Below are positions 40,501 to 51,009 of a stretch of 64,000 nucleotides of DNA, in pieces; within the stretch, counting starts at the first letter, position 1; every line of letters begins with the position of its first letter. The notes beneath the pieces were generated by a model. That model was not told where the DNA came from. It saw nothing but the letters and a program-made list of their open reading frames with translations, and did not search any database. The position numbers were made by a program, and so were the translations under genes. The DNA comes from Eledone cirrhosa (Eukaryota): the NCBI GenBank assembly GCA_964016885.1, contig OZ024765.1, positions 5,828,001 to 5,892,000 of the forward strand, in the 5' to 3' direction.

Positions 40501-43500
40501 ATATAAGAGTATATATAGAGTAATGTAAATGTTATGTGGGGTAAAAACTTTACTGTGAAAATACAATAGTATATATAGAGTAATGTAAATGTTATGTGAG
40601 ATATTATGTGAGGTAATGTCTTTACTGTGAAAATACAATAGTATATATAGAGTAATGTAAATGTTATGTGAGATATTATGTGAGGTAAAGCCTTTACTGT
40701 GAAAATACAATAGTATATATAGAGTAATGTAAATGTTATGTGAGATATTATGTGAGGTAAAGCCTTTACTGTGAAAATACAATAGTATATATAGAGTAAT
40801 GTAAATGTTATGTGAGGTATTATGTGAGGTAAAGCCTTTACTGTGAAAATACAATAGTATATATAGAGTAATGTAAATGTTATGTGAGATATTATGTGAG
40901 GTAAAGCCTTTACTGTGAAAATACAATAGTATATATAGAGTAATGTAAATGGTAAAGATCAAACATTCCCAAATTTAGACCCTACCCCACCCAGGAAACA
41001 ACGAACGAGATAAAAATAATAAGGGTATATAGAAATACTTACAGATTCCCAGATTTCCAGAAGCAAGAGGGGTTGTATGACATTAACATAGTCCGCATAA
41101 GATGAGTAGGTCTGTAGGAGGGGGTATAATTGGTCTGTGGGGTAGATTGGTGGGGGCATGGACAACAGTGTACCTGGGTGGATGGAAGAAGAGAGTGAGA
41201 ATGACAGATTAGTAGTGGTGGTGGTGGTGGTGGAGGCAGTGTGGTCCTCTTCAACACACCATCTCTCCACTCTTTACACACACACACATACAGACACACA
41301 GACCAACAGACAGACACACACACACACAGACCAACAGACACACACATACAGACCAACAGACAGACACACATACATACAGACACACACACACAGAGACAGA
41401 CAGACAGACACACATACACACACAGACACACATACAGACAGAGAAAGAGTCTTCAAGGAGAGGTAACTCACTTTGTTCATCTAACCACTTGGTGTTCCAC
41501 CTGAGTAAATGTCGCAACAAATCTTTGTTTGTTTCTTGACTAGGTCGACACCACTGAGCCTGGGTGGGGACTGTACACACCTACAACAACAACAACATAA
41601 AGTATACACAAATAAAACAGTAACAAGTTAAAACATAGGTCCACCGGATCATGGCTGACCTGGGGTTAAACAACAACAATAAACAGCAGCCAAGGACATT
41701 AGGTAATGTAGTCCAAGATACACTGGGTCTGTATATAGGACATGACACATTAGGTAATGTAGTCCAAGATACACTGTGTCTGTATATAGGACATGACACA
41801 TTAGGTAATGTAGTCCTAGATACACTGTGTCTGTATATAGGACATGACACATTAGATAGTGTAGTCCTAGATACACTGTCTGTATATAGGACATGACACA
41901 TTAGGTAATGTAGTCCTAGATACACTGTGTCTGTATATAGGACATGACACATTAGATAGTGTAGTCCTAGATACACTGTCTGTATATAGGACATGACACA
42001 TTAGGTAATGTAGTCCTAGATACACTGTCTGTATATAGGACATGACACATTAGGTAATGTAGTCCTAGATACACAGTGTCTGTACATAAGACAGGACACA
42101 TTAGATAGTGTAGTCCTAGATACATTGTGTCTGTATATAAGAGAGGACACATTAAATAATGTAGTCCTAGGTAGACTGTGTCTGTACATAAGACAGGACA
42201 CATTAAATAATGTAGTCCTAGGTACACTGTGTCTGTACATAAGACAGGACACATTAAATAATGTAGTCCTAGGTAGACTGTTTCTGTACATAAGACAGGA
42301 CACATTAAATAATGTAGTCCTAGGTAGACTGTGTCTGTACATAAGACAGGACACATTAAATAATGTAGTCCTAGGTAGACTGTGTCTGTACATAAGACAG
42401 GACACATTAAATAATGTAGTCCTAGATACACTGTTTCTGTACATAAGACAGGACACATTAAATAATGTAGTCCTAGATACTCTATATTTAAAGAAAACCC
42501 GAGACGGTGAACAACTTACAGAATTATTTACACTGACAAATGAAAATCTTTTCGGGGAGCTAGTGGACGTGAAGGTGGGTTGCCCGGTTTTGAGAGTAGA
42601 ATAAATGAGTGACGGTTTGGGATATGAAGAGGTAGATTTTGGTCCCTCGGAAGACACTGTAGGTTTCTCTGGATTGGAACTGTCGGGTTTGTCTTCTAGA
42701 AACGCTGAAATGCCGGTGGACACTTTTGTCGTCTGATAAGGGTTATTTTTTTTGATTTTCGGGATATGGAAGGACTGGAAATCTTTACCAAAACACTTGT
42801 TGCTGTTTTCAAACAGTGGTATAGTCTTCATTGTCTGTGTCGGAGGGTAAGGTGTAGATTGCGAACTGTTACTACTCCTACTACTGTTACTTCCGCTGCT
42901 GCTGCAACTGGTTACTCGATTGTTTACAAGGGGAGGAGTGACAGTTCTGTTTTGGAGACATTTTACAGGGAGGGGAGGAGTGACAGTTCTGTTTTGGGGA
43001 CATTTTACAGGGAGGGGAGGAGTGACAGTTCTGTTTTGGGGACATTTTACAGGGAGGGGAAGAGTGACAGGTCTGTTTTGGGGACATTTTAGAGGGGAAG
43101 TTACTGAATCAATAACGGGAGACAATGGGCGCATCAACTCTTGGCTTTCTTCTGGATGGTTCTTAATGACAGTCTCGGGCAAAGGTCTTCGTCTTTTCGG
43201 CGTTTCTATGATGGGCAGACCCAGTTTTTTAATCTTGTCAGCGTCTGGTAAGGTAACATCCGAACCTAACGAAGGCGAATCTAGTAAACGAAGAAAGAAA
43301 CGTGAATAAGAAGGAACAAATGTGAGGAGACGAACGGAAGGAGATAACTAAATCTAAGGTGAGACGAAAAAAAGAGGAGGAAATTTATAAATGAAAATTA
43401 GAGAAGTAACAAACCTATCACTCTGCTTCTGCCATCACACTCTAGCATCAGTCTCTCTCCCATCACAGTGTCTAGGACTAAAATACAATAAGGACACATT

Positions 43501-46500
43501 AGATAATGTAGTCCTAGATACACCGTATCTGAAATACAGCTGGGATGGTCACAGTTGGAATATCCTTGATCATAGGTCTACTGTATCAAGGCTGACCTAG
43601 GGCTAAAATACAATAAGGACACATTAGATAGTGTAGTCCTAGATACACTGTGTCTCAGTAAGACAGGATGGTCACAGCTGGAACATCTTTGATCATAGGT
43701 CTACTGTATCAAGGCTGACCTGGGGGTTAAACAACAAGGAAAAGACACATTAGATAATGTAGTCCTAGATACACTGTGTCTGAAATACAGCTGGGATGGT
43801 CACAGTTGGAACATCCTTGATCAGAGGTCTTCAGTTTCAGTGATATTTCTCTTTCTCCACCCCCCACCCCCCCATTTACATGCCACTCCCTCAACCAACC
43901 AACCAATCAATCACTCCCTCAACCAGTCAATAAATCAATCAATCAATCGCCTTCATAAGAGAAATCAATACATAATCAAACAGTACTCACCCACAGTAAC
44001 TGTTGAGCTTTTCACCCTCTTCACTGGAGTTTTAGCCAAACTCATAAAATAGAATCTTCCCTCCAGTTGATTCTTGGCGTTACTTATACCTTCCGTGATC
44101 AACTTCTCAGTCAACCTTCTTTCTTTCCTCACCGGAAGCGGCCTGCTGTTCTTGCTCTCCATTTTTTCCATCAGTGAAACACTGCAGGGGCTGAAGACTT
44201 TCCCAGGCACTTTTACAGGAGCCCTACACAAAGTTTTGTTTTGGTTATTGGCCTTGGCTTTCTGTTGCTTAAACTCCTCACGCGATTCTTTTTTTGATTT
44301 GAATCTCTGAAGCGAGATCTCAGAGATTTTTGCAACAGGGAAAGGTTTAGCAAAAGCCGATTCTTTTTTGTTTGCGGCGTCAGTGTCTGAGTCCTTACTC
44401 AGTGATAAAAGAAAGTTCGCATAACCAGGCTCAGTCTTTGATTCTTCATTTTCCACTTCCATCGGTTCCTCTCGTTGATCTTCCTGTATTTTCTGCTTGC
44501 TGCTTACCATTTTCACAGAACTGCTGGATTCAGTAGCAGCTATACCAAGGAGAAAATCAGTGATTCGAGAGACTGCTGTTGCTGTTGTTGATGATGATGT
44601 TGTTGTTGATGTTGATGATGATGACGATACTGTCGTTAATGCGTCTTCGTACAAAGCAGGCTCGTCTATTTGAGTAGCTGCTGCAAACAAAACATCGTCT
44701 TGGTCATCGCTGTCATCATCAGACACTTTCGGTTTCGAGGTCGAGGTAAAAGAAGAAGAAGCTGAAGCGTGCTTTGATGACTTCGTCTTTGTCGGAGGAA
44801 AATCTGAACGAAAGTGATCTTGTCTTCGAGAAGAGTTCTTCGACGTGGATTCAGACATTTTCTCCACCTTTAAAGAGTCCACATCAAAAATTCGGGTTGC
44901 AACAGAAAACAAACTTTCATCGCTATCATAGTCCTCACTTAACATTTTCTCTCTCTCCAACAACTGACGTGCACTTGCTGTCATCTTTTTCAGTGGCTGT
45001 TGAGGAATTTTGAAATTGTTTGTTCCTTTAGGTGAAGATAACTTTGTTCCAGCAACGAAGTTTGCTTTCCGTTTTGGTTCGAAAGTGTCAACTTGAGTAG
45101 CTTGAAAGAAGAGTTCATCATCATCATTCTTGTTGCAGTCATCTATCTGAGTTGCTATGGAAAAAATGCTCGTATCACTTTCATACTCATCGTCAGAAGA
45201 AGGACCAGTTAACTTCAGTTTCGATGTAAAAGGATTCGGATGATTCTGATAGTGACAGTACAATATATTCTTTCCAGGAAAAGGATCGACCTGTGTTGCT
45301 ATAGAAAACAGGCTGTCATCGCTGTCTTCGTCTTCATTGATGGTGTTTGACGGTCTTTTTAGTTTCGTCTTAGATAAAGGACCAGAAACAGAATCAGTTA
45401 ATTTCAGTTGGGTCCTGAAACTGGATTTTTTCCCAGGGAGTGGATCGACCTGAGTGTTGATTATAAACAAACCATCATCATCATCAAGGTAGTTATTATT
45501 ATTATGGCTGTTATTTCCCCCACTGACATCAAGAACTCGAGGTTCCCCACAGTCAACTTGGGTAGCCATAGAATATATTGTACTGTCGCTATCAGAATCA
45601 TCTGAATCCAGTTTCCATCTTGAAGCTTTACTTCCGACTCTGCCCTTCTGGGTCGTCATCGGAATAGATGTCTTTTTATGAAGGTATGCATTACGAGATT
45701 CTTTACTGGTAGTGTTGCTGCTTGGCCCAGAATCTCGTGGGGCCTTGGAAGAGCCGCTATTAAAGATATCTGCCATCTTGTTTTGGGGACTTTTATTTAC
45801 CAGCAGACTTCCTTCATCTAAATTCCTGCCAGTTTTAGTTTTACCTCTGTTGTATAAATCTTCTTCAACCTGAGTTACACACATATACAACTTATCATCA
45901 TCAAAGTCATCATCGTTAGATGTAGAACTTGAGGAAGAGAAATTCTTTGAAAAAAGTTTACCCTTGTTCCCATGTTTGTTTAACCATTGAGAATTGAACA
46001 AGTCATCATCATCATGACCATTATCATCATCATCATAATCATTATCACCCCCATTGTTATTTTCTTCATCATCGTCGCTAAAAATAAGAATAACTGCGTC
46101 TTCCTGCGAGTAGTTAAACAAAATTTCAGAATCTGGCAATTCCTCACCAGGTGGCGATCCTGGTCCTTCTTTGATCTTTCTTTCTACCTTTCCATCTTCC
46201 TCCTCTTCTTTTTCTTTTACTTCTACATCGCTCTCTTCTTCACTATTGTCCGATACAGTCGATGTTATATCGGACAGAGTAATGTCAGAATCACTGCCGT
46301 CTGAAATGAGTATAGTGTCCAAGATGTTTTTTACACCACACACGTCTTTCACCTCACCTTGTGGCCTTGCCAAACCTTTCTCTCTCACTGCTGTCGATAA
46401 CTGAACTACGGATGTGCCTGGATCTAGCTTCTCAACATTCAACTTTGTGACTGGCATTCTGTTGCAACGAAGAACATCACCAACATCGTCACCAATGTCA

Positions 46501-48227
46501 TCGCAATCGTCTTTCAGTTTAGATTTTTTCTGTAATGGTTCGTCATCGTCACGGCTACTGGGTTTAGGTGTTGGTGCCGTGCGCTGGGAACCGGGATGGG
46601 ATCTAAACTCTCCGTTAATTCTTTCTTTCCAGTTATAAATTTGAGACCACAATGTTGAATGTGGTCTAAAGCTTTCGGCTTCGTCGTTGTCGCGTTCGAG
46701 TTTCACATTGCAGGGCTGAGATGACAAGGAATCGAGTCTAAACTTCTTAGCGTCTCCAGGTCTCCAGCTAGAAGGCTGAGACGAAGGCAGCGTCGTTGAG
46801 GCATGAGGTCTGCTATTAGACTTTGACAATTTCTTGAAACAACCAAAGCAGTCGTCCTTCTTCCTGCCACTGCATGGACATCGTTTCACCTTCTCTTTGT
46901 CTTCTTCATCTTCTTTAATCTCTTTCTTACATGTTACTTTCTCTCCCTCCACCACTGTCTCCTCCTGTCAATCAGAACAAAAAAAAAACACAGAAGAAAA
47001 GAGAAACTGTTAAGGAAAGATAAACTAAACACACCTGCAACACACACACACGTATCTATGTAATATATATACACGTATACACATTCACATTTATATATAT
47101 ATACACCTATATATATATATATGGAGGCAGTGTAGGTGTCATGACAAAAAGCACCCAGTCCACACTGTAAAGTGGTCATGTAGGTGCCACGACAAAGAGC
47201 ACCCAGTCCACACTGTAAAGTGGTCATGTAAGTGTCATGACAAAAAGCACCCAGTCAACGCTGTAAAGTATTTGGTGTTAGGAAGGGTATCCAGCCGTAG
47301 AAAACCTGCCAGAAACAGTTCTGTACAAGTAAGACACAGTCTCGCGACCAAACCAATCTTGCCTCAAGTGGGACAAAACCGTCTAACCCATGCTAGAGTG
47401 GAAGATGGACGTTAAACGATGATAGATATATATAGAAATTTGGTTGATTGAAAATCTGCCGACTTTTTCTTAAACAGATGTAAAGCACTCCACGATTTTT
47501 GTTCATCCAGAGTTTTCAACATATTCTTTTGACTAAAGAAATTTTTAGCCTGATAGTGGGATTTAGAACTCTCTAAGAAATGGGGGAAAAATGAGTATTG
47601 ACATACATGTACAACAGTACTCATCTTTTTCCATTTCTCTGAGGGTTCTAAACCCCACTATCAGGTTAAATATCTTTAGTCAAAAAATACAGTGAAAGCT
47701 TCTATTTCTAATTAGTTAAATACATGTTATGAATGTCTAATATTTTCTTTTCTTATTGGGAAAGTAGAGGAAATGACTGTAAGAGTCATTAATGAGAGGA
47801 AAAGAGGGGCAAAACAAGGACTCAAGGGCCACACATATCTTTGCATATAACATCACTGATTTCCGCTTTCGTAAACCATATGTACGGCAACACTCATCTT
47901 TTTCCATTTCTCCGAGGGTTATAAACCCCACTATCAGGCTAGAAATTTCTTTAGTCTAAAATACGGTGAAAGCTTATAATTTCTAATTTCTAATATATAT
48001 ATAAGTAGAAGTGGTATTTAATTTGTTATATATATATATATATAAGCGTGAAAGCAGTGGTTCTTTGCTTAAACTTTAATCTGTTATTGTTATACTTTGG
48101 GAGGGTCATGTTGCCAATAATCTGTTATTTTAATAAATATTTGCTTTACGGTTCTTATATATTTGACATATATTTATCCTTATCGAGCCCTCTTTGGATT
48201 TTAGTCTTCAAATTTTATTATTATTAC

Positions 48228-48262
<35 letters not shown>

Positions 48263-48783
48263 GTAGAAGTGGTATTTAATTTGTTGGAAGTCCGACAAAC
48301 ATAAATGTTTATAACTGATTTAGAGCACTCAACAATTAACTAGAGTAAATATTCAATGATATTAAATAAATGGAAACTATATTTAAATATGGTTTTATAA
48401 ATATAGTATATATATTAAAATAACAGATTAAAGTTTAAGCAAAGAATTGCTGCTTTCACCCTTAACGAGATCTTCTGAAATATTTGCTCTACGGTTCTTA
48501 TATATTTGACATATATTTATCCTTATCGAGCCCTCTTTGGATTTTAGTCTTCAAATTTATTATTATTACTATATATACACACACAGATATATGTATAAAT
48601 ATACACATACACATATATATATTTATATATATACACACACATGTGTTTGTGTCCAGGTTACATGTGAAGGATTTTTTAACGTTTTGCCTGAAATAAAAGT
48701 TATGTCATTCTTCGACAATTATTTAAAAAGAACGGAAAAAAGTTTTCTTTTAGTGAAAACAAAATATAAAACCAGCTTACCAT
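13491..48783 (-). CDS. SETX: Senataxin/Sen1-like SF1B (UPF1-like) RNA/DNA helicase, 22 coding exons, ~2040 aa (whole-gene span)
   Basis: Manually spliced exons join in compatible phase. Helicase motifs present: NNSQKKAI (Q), QGPPGTGKS (I), [13 protein letters not shown] (Ia), IIDEASQ (II), GDTEQLSP (III), [25 protein letters not shown] (V), [11 protein letters not shown] (VI). The pre-helicase segments [18 protein letters not shown] and LRQYKAL..HILNP and the post-helicase WKSLIQDA are Sen1/SETX-type. Confidence 0.9.
13648..15105 (+). mobile_element. 5'-truncated RTE-clade LINE with uninterrupted RT ORF and internal PHD-type zinc finger, antisense in the last SETX intron
   Basis: [64 protein letters not shown]; C4HC3 pattern CSVC-CPKC-HKRC-CSSC. 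Confidence 0.95.
15815..16143 (+). mobile_element. SINE family A copy
   Basis: Near-identical to the other copies. Confidence 0.85.
16322..16409 (-). CDS. SETX: SETX exon, motif VI ([23 protein letters not shown])
   Basis: Motif match; AG/GT boundaries. Confidence 0.95.
16555..16665 (-). CDS. SETX: SETX exon, motif V ([20 protein letters not shown])
   Basis: Motif match; AG/GT boundaries. Confidence 0.95.
16650..16812. repeat. 40-bp tandem repeat (4x) spanning a SETX 3' splice site
   Basis: gtttcctga at 16661, 16701, 16741 and 16781. Confidence 0.9.
16844..16996 (-). CDS. SETX: SETX exon (SNPMEADF...[10 protein letters not shown])
   Basis: N..EA and ITPY..Q motifs. Three in-phase acceptors (exon start 16987, 16996 or 17008) make the start uncertain. 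Confidence 0.9.
17218..17497. repeat. Near-perfect hairpin, ~130-bp stem and 14-nt loop, in SETX intron
   Basis: ...gagttgagatggagggtct [atgagaaaaaccac] agaccctccatctcaactc... Confidence 0.9.
17527..17865. mobile_element. Small PLE-derived remnant: ~70-bp inverted ends around a degenerate HHR (17655-17719, C3 mutated)
   Basis: aagttctatttaaattgttggg... and ...cccaacaatttaaatagaactt are inverted; the internal minus strand reads GUGAUGA...GAAA. Confidence 0.55.
17991..18083 (-). CDS. SETX: SETX exon ([13 protein letters not shown])
   Basis: PY..FDV..G motif; phase 2 to 2. Confidence 0.88.
18137..18472 (-). mobile_element. SINE family A copy
   Basis: Near-identical to the other copies; (GAT)n tail. 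Confidence 0.85.
18474..18985 (-). mobile_element. Helitron-like element copy
   Basis: Reverse complement of 62738-63222. Confidence 0.55.
19022..19081 (-). ncRNA. Minimal type I hammerhead ribozyme in SETX intron (sense strand)
   Basis: UAUUUUAU-CUGAUGA-AAGCACAC...GUGUCCUU-GAAA-UACAUA-UA-AUAAAAUA; similar to the HHR at 6360. Confidence 0.65.
19140..20285. repeat. ~100-125-bp tandem repeat containing copies of a SETX exon end and its 5' splice site
   Basis: aactcacctgtgagaggtcagctgacc repeated, with (GT)n spacers. Confidence 0.95.
20262..20431 (-). CDS. SETX: SETX exon (QSLFERL...[21 protein letters not shown])
   Basis: Classic UPF1-family SLFERL and QYRMHP motifs. Confidence 0.95.
20435..21262. 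repeat. (GA)n-rich low complexity plus ~90-bp compound tandem repeat
   Basis: Direct inspection. Confidence 0.9.
21354..21461 (-). CDS. SETX: SETX exon ([13 protein letters not shown]...[14 protein letters not shown])
   Basis: Motifs II/III; AG/GT boundaries. Confidence 0.95.
21480..23960. repeat. AT-rich satellite (ATAATAGTGTATAGTACTGTGT + (AT)n)
   Basis: Direct inspection. Confidence 0.95.
24027..24188 (-). CDS. SETX: SETX exon ([12 protein letters not shown]...FSCIIIDE), Walker B start
   Basis: Motif match; donor gtaagg. The only nearby in-phase acceptor is GAG. Confidence 0.9.
24270..24706 (-). mobile_element. SINE family A copy (long-tail variant)
   Basis: Near-identical to the other copies. 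Confidence 0.85.
24757..24804 (-). ncRNA. Weak minimal hammerhead-like motif in SETX intron
   Basis: AUU-CUGACGA-UUGAA..UUCAU-GAAA-CCUUUGG-UA-AAU; stem I is only ~3 bp. Confidence 0.45.
25066..25146 (-). CDS. SETX: SETX exon ([27 protein letters not shown])
   Basis: 81 bp, phase 0 to 0, cag/gtgagt. Confidence 0.82.
25775..27480 (+). mobile_element. Decayed RTE fragment whose LHGSETW segment expanded into a 47-bp minisatellite (~25860-27120)
   Basis: [14 protein letters not shown] before the array and [13 protein letters not shown] after it; the unit translates to [15 protein letters not shown]. Confidence 0.85.
27567..27688 (-). CDS. SETX: SETX exon (helical/coiled insertion)
   Basis: cag|AT...AAG|gtacat; phase fits. 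Confidence 0.8.
27770..28365. repeat. 108-bp tandem repeat, ~5.5 copies
   Basis: atactgtaaa at 27771, 27879 and 27987. Confidence 0.95.
28531..28641 (-). CDS. SETX: SETX exon ([19 protein letters not shown])
   Basis: RIG motif of UPF1-like helicases; AG/GT boundaries. Confidence 0.9.
29610..30345. repeat. 61-bp minisatellite derived from the SINE A central domain
   Basis: Unit contains GGTGTTAGGAAGGACATCCAGCTGTAGAA. Confidence 0.92.
30531..30630 (-). CDS. SETX: SETX exon, motif Ia ([18 protein letters not shown])
   Basis: Motif match; AG/GT boundaries. Confidence 0.95.
30870..33590. repeat. 48-bp minisatellite, ~57 copies, in SETX intron
   Basis: Unit ccactttacagagtgtactgggtgtatttcatcatgacaccagcacta. 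Confidence 0.97.
33643..33792 (-). CDS. SETX: SETX exon with Q-motif and Walker A (GPPGTGKS)
   Basis: [11 protein letters not shown]...[16 protein letters not shown]; canonical splice sites. Confidence 0.95.
33810..34588. repeat. (AT)n/(AC)n compound microsatellite
   Basis: Direct inspection. Confidence 0.95.
34603..35260 (+). mobile_element. RTE LINE 3' fragment with internal duplication
   Basis: [18 protein letters not shown], and two copies of the RLRWYGHV...GRPRKTW segment. Confidence 0.85.
35486..35620 (-). CDS. SETX: SETX exon ([16 protein letters not shown]...HILNP)
   Basis: cag|CCT...AAG|gtaac; 135 bp in frame. Confidence 0.85.
35952..36400 (+). mobile_element. SINE family A copy
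   Basis: tRNA head through to (GAT)n tail. Confidence 0.85.
36493..36596 (-). CDS. SETX: SETX exon ([12 protein letters not shown]...LIKIQ)
   Basis: cag|CG...CAG|gtaaaa; phase 1 to 0. Confidence 0.78.
36733..37425 (-). mobile_element. Helitron-like element copy interrupted by a family-B SINE
   Basis: Reverse complement of 62738-63222 with a SINE inserted at ~36888-37065. Confidence 0.55.
37615..37851 (-). CDS. SETX: SETX exon ([10 protein letters not shown]...poly-Thr19...VFGFV)
   Basis: tag|GT...G|gtaagt; phase 1 to 1. Confidence 0.82.
37865..38975. repeat. (GGT/AGT/TGT)n trinucleotide low-complexity tract
   Basis: Direct inspection. Confidence 0.95.
39186..39291 (-). CDS. SETX: SETX exon ([16 protein letters not shown]...DYVLY)
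   Basis: Unique sequence between two satellites; AG/GT boundaries; phase 0 to 1 fits both neighbours. Confidence 0.75.
39470..40950. repeat. 72-bp minisatellite, ~20 copies
   Basis: attatgtgag at 39541, 39613 and 39685. Confidence 0.95.
41043..41173 (-). CDS. SETX: SETX exon (...[22 protein letters not shown])
   Basis: cag|GT...TCT|gtaagt; resembles the Sen1/SETX Y..YF.PL...E.W segment. Confidence 0.88.
41472..41580 (-). CDS. SETX: SETX exon (VCTVPTQ...[12 protein letters not shown])
   Basis: tag|GTG...A|gtgagt; LLRW motif precedes the SETX helicase region. Confidence 0.85.
41690..42480. repeat. 51-bp minisatellite, ~15 copies (related copies at 43470-43825)
   Basis: Unit gacacattaggtaatgtagtcctagatacactgtgtctgtatataggacat. 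Confidence 0.93.
42520..43280 (-). CDS. SETX: SETX exon (761 bp), Pro/Ser-rich, with 4x 14-aa repeat [14 protein letters not shown]
   Basis: Open frame, AG/GT boundaries, phase 1 to 0. Confidence 0.8.
43991..46964 (-). CDS. SETX: SETX giant exon (2974 bp), acidic/Ser-rich disordered region with ATQ[IV]D repeats
   Basis: 996-aa open frame in non-repetitive DNA; acceptor ttgacag and donor G|gtgagt; phase matches the next exon. Confidence 0.85.
48781..48783 (-). CDS. SETX: SETX candidate first coding exon end: ATG immediately followed by donor GTAAGC
   Basis: Minus strand reads aacaggaATG|gtaagc and joins in phase 0 to the acceptor at 46965 ([10 protein letters not shown]). No other coding exon was seen between 47 and 57 kb. 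Confidence 0.55.
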
Positions 48784-48969
48784 TCCTGTTGAAATAATTC
48801 TAAGACTAGGAAAGAAACTTCGCTTATTTATGTGTCAGCCAATTCTAAAGTGTTGGCATCGCCGGTGTTACAGTTGACAATTCCCCTTTAGATATTTATA
48901 CCAGCATGGTCGAATTATTAGAGCCTCGGATAAAATGATTTCATGCGCACTCCCTATTATTCGGTTGGT

Positions 48970-49390
48970 TAGCAGTATCGTTAGGGCGTAGAATGTCAGA
49001 CGCCATGCTTTGCAGCATAGCGTTATGGCCCTTTACGTTCTGACTTCAAATCCCGCCGAGGTTAACTTTGCCTTTCTTCATTATCAGGTCGATAATATAA
49101 AGTACCAGTAATGCACTCAGGTAATTATAGAGCGGTGTATTGGCAGTATCGGTAGAGCATCAGACACCATTCTTTGCAGCATAGAGTTATGACCCTTTAC
49201 GTTCTGAGTTTAAATTCCGCCGAGGTTAACTTTGCCTTTCATCCTTACAGAGGTCGATAAAATAAAGTACCAGTAATGCACTGAGGTCGATTTAGTCGAC
49301 TCTCTCTTCCCTCCCAAATTGCTGGCTTTTGTGCCTAAATTAATGATTAGCAGTATCGGTAGAGCGTCCGACACCATGCATTGCAGCACA
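48970..49390 (+). mobile_element. Tandem family-B SINE copies just upstream of the candidate SETX first exon
   Basis: Two full or near-full copies plus one 5' fragment. Confidence 0.75.
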
Positions 49391-50398
49391 GAAAGAGTGT
49401 TTTTTTATTTTTTTATTCTTTGATCCGTCAAAGTGACATTATTGAAAAAATGAGAAAAACAACATACACACACACACACACACGTACACCTACACACACA
49501 CACCACCTTCAGCCCTCCCCGCTCGGACACCCCGTGTCCCTCTCCCCACTCCACCCCTACACACCCCACACCCTTCCACCACCTGTTTTACTTCATTATT
49601 ATTATTTTTATTTTGATCATGCCTTTATATTTAATTTCATTCGTACCGTTTCCTCTCACCCCCCTTTTTTCTATGTCTCTCCACCACTCCCCTACACACC
49701 CTTGGAACTCTCTTCCCACACACTTTTCACCTGAAGAAGGGCTTATGCCCGAAACGTCGTTCCCCACCACCACCCCACTCTCAAGAGCGTGAAACTAATA
49801 AACCTTTGTTCGTACTGCCTCTGTTTTGTTCCCGTTCAATTTTTTACTATATATATATATATATATATAGTAAACTTTAATCTGTTCTTATAATATATAT
49901 ATATGTGAGAGAGAGAGAGAGAGTCCTGGGTTCAATCGGGGGTAACCACAGTCAGTAAAGTACTCAATAAATTAGTAGAGTAGAAACATCAAGTTTAATT
50001 TAATATAGAAATGGCTTCTACAGGACTAGAACTGTTTCATTCAAAAGAAATCACGAGGAAATCCTTAATGATTTCTTCTAAATGAAAAAGTTCCAGTCCT
50101 GTAGAAGCCGTTTCTATATTAAATATATTATACAGGGTGCCCCCCCCCCCACACACACACACAAAATGTGTACACACTTTGATTACCTGTACAGACAATA
50201 TTTATTAGAATACTGTTGAAGTGAGTATATATTTTCAGCAGACACCCTGTGTGTGTAACATCTTCATCCTTTTACGTCCGCTTTTCCCTGCTTGCAAGGG
50301 CTTCCAGATGATTTCTCCCGAATGAAACAGTTCTAGCCCTGTATATTAAATATTTATACTCTGCTATGTATTACCCCCGGGATAAACTTATATATATA

Positions 50399-50964
50399 CA
50401 GTGGCGGACTGGGTCTAAAAATATTGGTTGCCAGGAGATGAAGGGGGCCCACCTACATATAGAATGCTATCATTTAATTTTTATAATGAATAAATAACAT
50501 TTTCAAAAAATACATTAATGGAAACAAAACACTGAAATCAAATTTTTGCAGAGAAATATCTTACCTTCTCCAATAAAAAAATGTATTTTGCGAGATCCAG
50601 AGACTTTCAATAATGACCAAAAGTCGACCCTAAATATTACTAATAGCTCTAGGAAAGCCATGAACGACATCACATCCTTTTAACTTTGATTTTGAAAGTA
50701 GGTTTATAAGTATCAATTTTCATTATACTTTCGTAGTTGTTTCGGTGGCCGAAAGGGAAGAATCATAGACGGTGGTGATTCTGGTCAGAAGTTCGAATCC
50801 TTCTCTTAATGCTTACCTGTGTTTTCTCTTTTATACTTTATACTCCAAGATTGAACAGAATTCTTACAAACTTATGGATTTACCCCTAACCGTACGTTGA
50901 AACCATCCATGAAACTGGCTTTCTTAACCACGAACTGGATCACAAAAAGCAATTTTCTGCTTCC

Positions 50965-51009
<45 letters not shown>

